Shown here: piece after piece, positions 47,881 through 57,381 of the stretch
Layout of the letters: every line of letters starts with the position of its first letter
Position numbering within the stretch: the stretch's first letter is position 1
Origin: Clavibacter sp.
GTDB lineage: Bacteria > Actinomycetota > Actinomycetes > Actinomycetales > Microbacteriaceae
Reading direction: 5' to 3'
Length of the DNA: 57,381 nucleotides
NCBI GenBank assembly: GCA_044508495.1
Contig: JBIQHP010000002.1
Location: 3,128 to 60,508, forward strand
Notes under the pieces: model-generated
What the model was told of the DNA's origin: nothing
The model's database searches: none
The model's input: only the letters and a program-made list of their open reading frames with translations
Position numbers and translations under genes: made by a program

Positions 47881-48989
47881 GGGCGTGCCTCCCCCGGCGA
47901 CTCTCGCGCGGTGGCCGCGCCTGCCGCTGCCTCATGGATGAGGGCGACGGTGCGCATCGTGCCGTCCCGCACGCCGACGCCGGCGGCCCGCGCGGCGAGT
48001 CCGGCGATCGCCGGCCGGTCGAGGAGGAGAGGGACGAGCCTCTCGGACACCCACTCCGGGGTGAAGTCCGCATTGCGGACGAGAATCGCGCCCCCGGCGT
48101 CGACGACGCCCCTGGCGTTGAGGCGCTGCTCGCCGTTCCCGATCGCGAGCGGCACGTAGACGGCCGGGATGCCGAGAGCGGTGAGCTCGCTCACGGTCGC
48201 CGAGCCGGCGCGGGCGACGGCGAGGTCGGCGGTGGAGAAGGCGAGGTCCATCCGATCGCAGTAGCGCACCAAGCGATAGCCCTCGAGAGAGGAGTCCGGC
48301 AGCGAGGCGCGCTCCCCCGTGATGTGGAGGATACTCCAGCCCGCCCCGAGGATCGCCGCCGCGGCCTCGAACACCGTCTCGTTGATGCTCTGCGCCCCGA
48401 GGGAGCCGCCGGTCACGAGGAGGACCGGGCGGGACGGGTCGAGGCCGAAGCGCGCGAGCGCCTCTCCCCTCGTGCCGCGCGGATCGAGGTCCTCGATCTC
48501 GCGCCTCATCGGCATGCCGACGACGCGCGCGCTTCTCAGCCGCGTTCCGGCGAAGGCGACGCCGACGTGCCGGGTGAGCATGCTCCCGAGCCGGTTGGCG
48601 AAACCGGGGACCGCGTTCGCCTCGTGCACGACGATGGGCACTTTCTCACGCCAGGCGGCGACGTAGGCAGGCCCGGAGACGAACCCGCCGAATCCGGCGA
48701 CGACGTCGATCCCGCGTTCGGCGATGAGCGCACGGACGCTGCGGACCGCTCTCCCGAACTCTCCGGGGAACCGCAGGGCCGCACGGTTCGGGCGGCGGGG
48801 AAAGGGGACCCTGGCGATCGTGGCGAGCTCGTAGCCGCGTTCGGGCACGAGTCGCGCCTCGAGGCCCTCCGCCGTGCCGAGCACGAGCACCTCGGCGTCC
48901 GGATCCTCCTTCCGGAGCCGATCGGCGACCGCGAGCAGCGGGTTCACGTGCCCGGCGGTCCCGCCTCCGGCCAGCAGATACCGGGTCAC
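47877..48989 (-). CDS. murG: MurG GlcNAc transferase
   Basis: [29 protein letters not shown]. Confidence 0.97.
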   Translation of the reverse strand: MTRYLLAGGGTAGHVNPLLAVADRLRKEDPDAEVLVLGTAEGLEARLVPERGYELATIARVPFPRRPNRAALRFPGEFGRAVRSVRALIAERGIDVVAGFGGFVSGPAYVAAWREKVPIVVHEANAVPGFANRLGSMLTRHVGVAFAGTRLRSARVVGMPMRREIEDLDPRGTRGEALARFGLDPSRPVLLVTGGSLGAQSINETVFEAAAAILGAGWSILHITGERASLPDSSLEGYRLVRYCDRMDLAFSTADLAVARAGSATVSELTALGIPAVYVPLAIGNGEQRLNARGVVDAGGAILVRNADFTPEWVSERLVPLLLDRPAIAGLAARAAGVGVRDGTMRTVALIHEAAAGAATARESPGEARP

Positions 48990-50230
48990 CGTGCCGCCGC
49001 GCCCCTCGGCGACGGCCGCGTCGTCGGGCGGCGCGCATAGGACAGGACGATACCGATCGCGAACAGGGTCGTCACGAGCGCGGAGCCCCCTGCCGAGATG
49101 AGCGGCAGCGGAACTCCGAGGACGGGGAGGAGGCCGAGGACGACCGCGATGTTGACGAAGGCCTGGACGAGGACCCAGACCATGACGGCGCTCACGGTGA
49201 TGCGGGCGACGGGGTCGCTCGAGGCGCGGATGATCCGGACGAAGGCGATCGCGAGGACGACGAAGAGGGCGAGGACGAGGATCGCGCCGAGGAGCCCGAG
49301 CTCCTCGCCGATGATCGCGAAGATGAAGTCGTTGTCGGCCTCGGGAAGCCAGGACCACTTCGCCTTGGAGTTGCCGAGCCCGACGCCGAAGAGCCCGCCC
49401 GAGGCGAGCGCCCACCAGCCGTGGAGGGTCTGCCAGCAGAGACCGTTGTAGTCGACGTCGGTCGAGCATCCGCTCTGCCAGGCGGCGATGCGATCCTGCC
49501 GCGAGCCGCCGGAAAGGGCGATGGCGACCGTGGCGACCGCGATCACGACGGCGGGCACGGCGAGCAGGCGGAGGCGGACGCCGGCGAAGTAGAGCGTGCC
49601 GAGCACGATCGCGACGAGGATGATGACGGTGCCGACGTCGCCGCCGAGCAGCACGAGGCCGATGGCGAGCCCCGCCATGAGACCGACGGGTCTGAGCAGC
49701 TCCCGCCAGTCGTCGAGCACCTCGAGCTTCTTCGCGAGGATGACGCCGAGCCACATCGCGAGCGCGACCTTGACGAGCTCCGAGGGCTGGAAGGAGAACG
49801 ACCCGACGATGAACCAGTTGCGGTTGCCGTTGACCTCCAGGCCGAAGTTCGTCGCGATCACGAGGAACTGGAGGACGACCGCGATGAGCATGGCGGTCCC
49901 GGCCCACTTGCGCCAGAAGACGGCCGGCATGCGCGCCGCGATGAGCATGATCGGGATGCCCACGAGCGCGAAGAGCCCCTGCCGCAGGAATCCGGTGAAG
50001 AAGTCGTTGGTCGCCTTGAAGGACTCGACGGCCGAGGAGGAGAGCACCATGACGAGGCCGAAGACGACGAGGAAGATCGTCGCCCCGAGCAGGAGGAAGT
50101 AGTCGCCGTTCTCGGCTCCGAAGATCCGGCGGACCGCAACGAGGACGGAGGGCGCGGGTCTCGGCTCGGGTGCGGGGGCCGGGGCCGGCCGGCTAGCTCC
50201 CCGACGAGGACGCGGGAGGCTCGTCGTCAT
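48986..50230 (-). CDS. ftsW: FtsW
   Basis: QPSELVK, LPEADNDFIF, EELG, PLISAGGS. Confidence 0.96.
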   Translation of the reverse strand: MTTSLPRPRRGASRPAPAPAPEPRPAPSVLVAVRRIFGAENGDYFLLLGATIFLVVFGLVMVLSSSAVESFKATNDFFTGFLRQGLFALVGIPIMLIAARMPAVFWRKWAGTAMLIAVVLQFLVIATNFGLEVNGNRNWFIVGSFSFQPSELVKVALAMWLGVILAKKLEVLDDWRELLRPVGLMAGLAIGLVLLGGDVGTVIILVAIVLGTLYFAGVRLRLLAVPAVVIAVATVAIALSGGSRQDRIAAWQSGCSTDVDYNGLCWQTLHGWWALASGGLFGVGLGNSKAKWSWLPEADNDFIFAIIGEELGLLGAILVLALFVVLAIAFVRIIRASSDPVARITVSAVMVWVLVQAFVNIAVVLGLLPVLGVPLPLISAGGSALVTTLFAIGIVLSYARRPTTRPSPRGAAAR

Positions 50231-51700
50231 CGGCGCCTCCTCCCACCATCTCCTGCACGGCGTTCGCGAACCGCCGTCCGCGGTCCGCGTAGTCGGTGAA
50301 CTGATCCATCGAGGCCGCCGCCGGGGCCAGCAGCACGACGTCCCCGTCGACCGCCAGCTCCGCCGCCAGCCGCACGGCCGTCGGCATCACGTCTTCAGTC
50401 TCGGCCGTGTCGACCTCGATGACCGGCAGCCCGGGGGCGTGTCGTGCGAATGACTCGAGCACCTTCGAGCGGTCCGCGCCGATGACCACGGCCCCGCGCA
50501 GCCGCCCCGCGACGTCGGCCACGAGCGCATCGGGGGACGCGCCCTTGAAGAGCCCTCCGACGATCCAGACGATGGAGTCGAAGGCCGTGAGCGAGGCCCG
50601 CGCCGCGTGCGGGTTCGTCGCCTTCGAGTCGTCGACCCAGGCCACCCCGCCGTAGCGCACGACGGTCTCGGTGCGATGGCGATCGGGCCGGAAGGCCAGG
50701 AGCGCGGAGCGCACGGCGTCGACCGAGGCGCCGAAGGACCGGGCGAGGGCGGAGGCCGCGAGGGCGTTCGCGACCAGGTGCGGGCTGCCGAGTCCGACCT
50801 CGTCGAGCTCGCCGAGGGTCACGATCTCGAGGGCGGTGTCCCGGCGATCGTCGAGGAAGGCCCGATCGCAGGCGATGCCCTCGACGACCCCGAAGTCGCT
50901 CGGCCCCGGGATCCCGAGGCCGAATCCGATGGCCCGGCACCCCTCGACGACCTCGGCCTCCTCGACCATGGCCTGCGTCGCGGGATCGTCCCGGTTGTAG
51001 ACGCAGGCGATCCTGGTGCCCTCGTAGACCTTGCCCTTCGCCGCCCGGTACGCCGCCGCGGAGCCGTGCCAGTCGAGGTGGTCGTCGGCCAGGTTGAGGC
51101 AGGCGCTCGCCCAGGGCGAGACGCCTTCGAGGTAGTGGAGCTGGAAGCTCGAGAGCTCGACGACGAGCACGTCGAACCCTCCTGGGTCCCGGATGGCGTC
51201 GAGGACCGGCGTCCCGACGTTCCCGCACGGCGCGGCGCGGAAGCCGCCTGCCACGAGCATCGCCGCCGTCAGCTGGACCGTCGTCGTCTTGCCGTTCGTC
51301 CCGGTGACCGTGATCCACTCCGCCGGCACCCCGGTCTTGTCCCTGAGCCGCCAGGCGAGCTCGATGTCCCCCCACACGACCGCGCCCGAGTCCTGCGCCC
51401 AGGCGACGACCGGATGCCGCGGCGAGAACCCCGGCGAGACGATCACGAGCTCGGGAGCGAACTCCACGAGCGGTGCGGGGACGCCGGCGTCGAGGTCGGC
51501 GAGCAGCAGCTCGACGCCGATCACCTCGAGGATCCCGGTCGTCGTCTCGTCGGCCGCGGTCGAGGCCGCGAGCACGACGCAGCCGAGCTCGGCGAGGGTA
51601 TCGGCGACCGAGAACCCGGTCCTGCCGAGACCCAGGACGGCCACCCGGAGTCCGGCCCAGTCGGCATGCCAGCTCGTGAGCGAATCGAGGTCCTTGCGGG

Positions 51701-51704
<4 letters not shown>
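50193..51704 (-). CDS. murD: MurD ligase
   Basis: GTNGKTT, ELSSFQL, DHLDWH, DDSKATN, LAPAAAS. Confidence 0.97.
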
Positions 51705-52806
<1,102 letters not shown>

Positions 52807-52807
<1 letters not shown>

Positions 52808-54210
52808 CAGCTCACCCCGGCGAGCCGGTCGCCCAGCGATCGCAGCCCGGCCGAATTCGACGACTTCACGAGCACGACATCTCCTGACCGCACTTCAGCA
52901 CTCAACAGATCGTATGCCTCGTCGACCCCCGGGACGAGGATCGACTCTCCGTCCCAGGACCCTTCGAGGCCCGCGGCGTTGTGGATGTGGCGCGCGCCGT
53001 GGCCGACGACCACGAGCTTCTCGATGCCCAGTCGCACGACGAGGCGCCCGATGCGGTCGTGCTCCTCGTCCGCGAACGCCCCGAGCTCGGCCATCTCGCC
53101 GAGGACGGCGATCGCCCGATGGGTCCCCCTCGTGATCTCGGCGAGGGTCTTGAGAGCGGCCGCCATGGAGTCGGGACTCGCGTTGTAGGCGTCGTTGATG
53201 ACGACCACGCCGTCCGGCGCGGGCAGGAGCTCCATCCGCCAGTGCTCTGCGCGCGTGAGCCGTTCGAGCGGCCCGACCGCGTCCGCCGGGGCGACGCCCA
53301 GCTCGCCCGCGGCGGCGATGGCGGCGAGGGCGTTCATGGCGTTGTGCTCTCCGAGGATGCGCAGGCTCACCTCGACGCGCTCCGAGCCGGAGACGAGGGA
53401 GAACTCCGTTCCCCGGACCGTCGTCCTGACGTCCTCCGCCCGCACCTGGGCGGCGCCGGAGAGCCCGAAGGTCACGACTCTCGCGCGCGTGAGCCCGGCC
53501 ATCGCGGCGACCCGCGTGTCGTCGACGTTGAGCACGGCGACCGCCGTGGCGGGAAGGCCGGTCACGAGCTCGGCCTTGGCCGCGGCGGTCTCCTCGATGC
53601 CGCCGAATCCACCGGCGTGCGCGAGGCCGACCTTGAGGACGATGGCGACATCCGGGACGACGATCGAGACCAGACGCGCGATCTCACCGGGCGCGCTCGC
53701 CCCCATCTCGACGACGAGGAACCGGGTGTCCGCCTCCACTCCGAGCATCGAGAGCGGCGCGCCCACCTCGTTGTTGAAGGAGTCCCGAGGGGCGACGACC
53801 GGGCCTTGCTCCCCCAGGATCGCCGTGAGCATGTTCTTCGTCGTCGTCTTGCCGTTCGACCCGGTCACCGCCACGACGCGCAGCCGGCCGCCGGCCCTGA
53901 CCCTCGCGACGACCTCCTTCGCGAGCGCCGCGAGTGCGGCGAGCGAGTCAGCGACGACCACGACGGGCACACCGAGGTCGAGCTCGCGCTCGGCGACGAC
54001 GAGCACCGCGCCCGCCGCGACGGCGGAGCCCGCGAAGTCATGACCGTGACTGGTCTCGCCCTGCAGCGCGAAGAAGACGCTCCCGGCACCGGCGAGCCGC
54101 GAGTCGACGACGACGGGGCCGCGCACGGCCTCGGGAAGGGCCGCGCCATCGGGAACGGACAGGGAGCCCCCGACGATGCGGGCGATCTCGGCCGGTGCGA
54201 GTTCGATCAC
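52807..54210 (-). CDS. murF: MurF ligase
   Basis: [36 protein letters not shown]. Confidence 0.97.
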
Positions 54211-55742
54211 CAGCCGGCCTCGCGCAGCGCCGCGCGCGCCTCGGCGCGAGCGGAATACGGCGTGCGGACGCCCTCGATCTCCCGGTAGTCCTCGTGGCCT
54301 GGGCCGGCCCACAGAATCGAATCCCCCTCCCGCGCGAGCGAGACGGCGTGACGGATCGCCTTCTCCGAGGGGCTCACCTCGTGGAGCTCCGCCTGATGCT
54401 CCGCCAGGCCGGCGCCCTCGATGAGTGTCCTCCGGATCGACTCGGCGTTCTCGAACCGGGGATGATAGTCGGTCACGACGAGCACGTCCGAGTACTCGGA
54501 GGCGACCCGGCCCATCTCGTGACGCTTGGTCGCGTCCCGGTCCCCGTCGGCGCCGAACACCATGATGACCCTGCCTGCGGTGACCTTCCGCACCGCCCCG
54601 AGCGTGTTGAGGAAGGCGTCCGGGCTGTGTCCGAAGTCGACGTAGACCCTCGGACCGGCATCCCCGGAGACCCGCTCGATGCGGCCGGGCAGGTAGGCGT
54701 CGATGCCGCCCCGCACGGCGTGCCCGATCGCCTCGAGCTCGAAACCGGCCTCGACGAGCATGACGATCGCGAGGCCGGCGTCGGCGGCCATGTGCCAGCC
54801 GAGGAGCGGGACCGTCGTCTCGAGCGAACGTCCCTCGGGACCGGTCAGGCGGAATGCGGTGTGCTCCGCACGCTCCTCGAGGATCTCGACCCGCCACTCG
54901 GCCTCGACGCCCTCGGTCGCGGAGACCGTCGTCACCGGGATGTGCGAGCCCTCGACGACGCGCTGGCCCCAGCTCGTGTCGAGCGAGACGACGCCGCGCT
55001 TCCCCCGCTCGGGCTCGAAGAAGGCGAGCTTCGCCGCGAAGTACTCGTCCATGCCGGCGTAGTCGTCGAGATGGTCGTGGCTGAGATTCGTGAACGCGAC
55101 GACATCGAAGACGATGCCGTCGACGCGATTCCTGCTGAGCGCCTGCGCGCTCACCTCGACGGCGACGGCACGGACCTCGCCCTCGCGCATCCTCGCCAGG
55201 AGCGCGTGCAGCTCGCTCGCCTCGGGCGTCGTGAGCCTGCTCACGACCTTGAGGTCGCCGATGCGGCGCTCGGCCGTGGAGCTCAGCCCCGTGACGAGTC
55301 CGAGCTGCCGGAGGATCCCCTCCAGGAGGTAGGCCGTCGATGTCTTGCCGTTCGTGCCGGTGATGCCGAAGAGGAGGGGCGGGTCGACATCCGTCTGGTA
55401 CACCCAGGCGGAGACGTCGCCGAGCGCGGCCCTCGGTGAGTCGACGATCACGACGGGAAGTCCCGACCCGTCGGCGAGGTCGGCACCGGCGCGGTCGGTC
55501 AGGAGCGCGACGGCCCCGCTCTCGCGCGCCTGCGCCGCGTAGGAGGCGCCGTGACCGTGCTCGCCGGCGAGCCCGACGAAGAGGTCGCCGGGGCGGACCT
55601 CGCTCGACCGGACGGTCACCCCGCTGATCTCGACCCCGTCGATCGTCCCCTCGTGCTCGAGGCCGAACTCCGCGACGAGTCCGGCGAGAGAACGGGGCGA
55701 TGGATGCTCTGGGCGCAGGACCGGGGGTATCGGACCAGTCAC
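54207..55742 (-). CDS. murE: MurE ligase
   Basis: GTNGKTST, LTTPEA, EVSAQ, FTNLSHDHLD, DFGHSPD, GADGDRD. Confidence 0.95.
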   Translation of the reverse strand: MTGPIPPVLRPEHPSPRSLAGLVAEFGLEHEGTIDGVEISGVTVRSSEVRPGDLFVGLAGEHGHGASYAAQARESGAVALLTDRAGADLADGSGLPVVIVDSPRAALGDVSAWVYQTDVDPPLLFGITGTNGKTSTAYLLEGILRQLGLVTGLSSTAERRIGDLKVVSRLTTPEASELHALLARMREGEVRAVAVEVSAQALSRNRVDGIVFDVVAFTNLSHDHLDDYAGMDEYFAAKLAFFEPERGKRGVVSLDTSWGQRVVEGSHIPVTTVSATEGVEAEWRVEILEERAEHTAFRLTGPEGRSLETTVPLLGWHMAADAGLAIVMLVEAGFELEAIGHAVRGGIDAYLPGRIERVSGDAGPRVYVDFGHSPDAFLNTLGAVRKVTAGRVIMVFGADGDRDATKRHEMGRVASEYSDVLVVTDYHPRFENAESIRRTLIEGAGLAEHQAELHEVSPSEKAIRHAVSLAREGDSILWAGPGHEDYREIEGVRTPYSARAEARAALREAGW

Positions 55743-55755
55743 AGTATCCTCTTTC

Positions 55756-57381
55756 TCACCAGGTCGTCGGGTAGCCCGGCCATGGAGTCGTCGACGGCGG
55801 CACCCGGTAGGTCTTGAGCACCTGCGTCATGATCTTACGGAACGTGGGGGCCGCAGCGGCTGATGACTTCATGATATGCGGCTTCACATAGGTCACGATG
55901 ACGACGTACTCCGGGTTCTCCGCCGGGGCGATGCCGGCGACGGACACGATGGCGTCGTCGCCGTAGCCGCCCGTCGGGAGGGCGACCTCCGCCGTCCCGG
56001 TCTTGGCCGCGACCCGGTAGCCCGGGATGCTGAGCTGGGAGGAGAGCCATCCGCCCGTCACGACGCTCTCGAGCATGGTGACGGTCGTCGCCGCCGACTG
56101 GGCGGTGATGATCTGCTCCGTCGCGCCCGGGTTCCTCGGGGTCACCGTCCCGTCCGGGGCGGTGCAGCTCTCGATGAGCGTGAGCGGGACCCGTTCACCG
56201 CCGTTGGCGATCGCCTGGTAGGCGCTCAGCATCTGCGCGAAGGTGACCGCGATCCCCTGTCCGTAGGTCGTGTCGTAGTTCTGCTGAGTGTTCCAGTGCG
56301 CCGCGAGGATGCCGGAGGCCTCCCCCTGGAAGTGGATCGGCGTGGCCTCGCCGAACCCGTACTTGCGCAGGTAGTCGTAGCGCGTCCCCGCATCCAGTCG
56401 CGTGCCGAGCATCGACATCCCGACGTTGGAGGACTGCTCGAGAACCCCCGTGAGGGTCCAGTGCATGTCGCCGTGCGAGGTCGAGTCCTTGATCCGGGCC
56501 CCGTCCTCGGTGCGCCAGACTCCTGGCACCGTGACCCGCGTCGTCGGCGTGGCGATGCCCTCGTTGACGAGCATCGACGCGGTGACCGCCTTCATGATCG
56601 AGCCCGGCTCGAACATGTAGCTGAACGCGCGGGATCCGTAGAAGGGGATCTCGGTCGCGTTGACGTCGTTGGGGTCGACGGAGGGATAGTCGGCGAGGGC
56701 CATGAGGTGCCCGTCGCTCACCCGCACGACCCCCGCCATCGCCGACTCCGCACCGAGCGCGATGGCCTGCTCGGCGATCGCCTGCTGCACGAACCACTGC
56801 AGATCGCTGTCGATCGTGAGCGTGATCGTGCCGCCGGGGATCGCCTCCTTGGTCGTCACGGTGCTGCCCGGGAGTCGCACGCCGTCCGCCCCCCGCTCGT
56901 AGGTCGAGGTGCCGTCCGTGCTCGCGAGGCAGGAGTCCTCGGTCGCCTCGATGCCGTTCTGCGGCCCGTCGGTGCCGACGAAGCCGACGAGGTTGCCGGC
57001 CACCGACCCCGCGGGATAGGTGCGGTGCGGCCGTGCCTGGGCGTAGACCCACGGAATGCCCAGGTCGCGGATCGCGCGGTAGGTCGAGGTGTCGACCGCC
57101 TTCACGAGCATCGCCCAGTCGGACTTCGGGTCCGTCGTGACGGCGAGGAGCAGATCGTTGGCGCTCGCGCCGGTGAGTTCTGCGATCTCGGTGAGCGCCT
57201 GCAGGACCGAGATCTCCGAGACGGTCCCGTCCTCCGCAGTGCGCTTGAACTGCTTCGTGTTCCTGGGCGACGCGGTGATGTCGTACCGGGTGACGCTGTC
57301 GGCGAGCACGACGCCGTTGGTATCGACGATGTCGCCGCGCGGAGCCGCCACGGGGACCTCGATCGCGCGCTTGTCGAGCGA
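55756..57381 (-). CDS. ftsI: Class B penicillin-binding protein FtsI (5' end outside the window)
   Basis: RGDIVD, EPGSIMK (SxxK), SSN, KTGT; immediately upstream of murE. Confidence 0.94.
   Translation of the reverse strand, partial: SLDKRAIEVPVAAPRGDIVDTNGVVLADSVTRYDITASPRNTKQFKRTAEDGTVSEISVLQALTEIAELTGASANDLLLAVTTDPKSDWAMLVKAVDTSTYRAIRDLGIPWVYAQARPHRTYPAGSVAGNLVGFVGTDGPQNGIEATEDSCLASTDGTSTYERGADGVRLPGSTVTTKEAIPGGTITLTIDSDLQWFVQQAIAEQAIALGAESAMAGVVRVSDGHLMALADYPSVDPNDVNATEIPFYGSRAFSYMFEPGSIMKAVTASMLVNEGIATPTTRVTVPGVWRTEDGARIKDSTSHGDMHWTLTGVLEQSSNVGMSMLGTRLDAGTRYDYLRKYGFGEATPIHFQGEASGILAAHWNTQQNYDTTYGQGIAVTFAQMLSAYQAIANGGERVPLTLIESCTAPDGTVTPRNPGATEQIITAQSAATTVTMLESVVTGGWLSSQLSIPGYRVAAKTGTAEVALPTGGYGDDAIVSVAGIAPAENPEYVVIVTYVKPHIMKSSAAAAPTFRKIMTQVLKTYRVPPSTTPWPGYPTTW

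Overview
High-GC actinobacterial chromosome segment whose gene content and order look like Microbacteriaceae. It appears to span the replication terminus. Most of it is housekeeping: rbpA, SPFH/NfeD, an S9 peptidase, a UvrA-like ATPase, trpD, the qcr/cta respiratory cluster, pyrD, nrdR, hisD, dnaE and the divIVA-sepF-ftsZ-dcw cluster. The standout is a ~7.8 kb integrase-less filamentous (inovirus-like) prophage at 7886-15685. It carries an HUH Rep, a Zot/pI ATPase, pVI-, pIII- and pVIII-like genes, three tiny membrane genes, an SSB, an origin region and a divergent operon with a cytosine methyltransferase-like gene. It is bounded by an 11-bp direct repeat (ATATCCGATAA) that is the left arm of a dif-like site, with the full site at the right end, which points to integration through host Xer recombination. 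The attachment site lies inside the rep gene. Joining the two ends fuses the 5' rep ORF at the left end in frame with an orphan ORF at the right end, giving a 500-aa protein. Full-length Rep would therefore exist only in the circular or tandem state, a candidate integration-dependent replication switch. To the right of dif is a patch of small accessory genes and gene relics, plus helR preceded by a rifamycin-associated element. Family assignments are from motif recognition by eye; no database searches were run.
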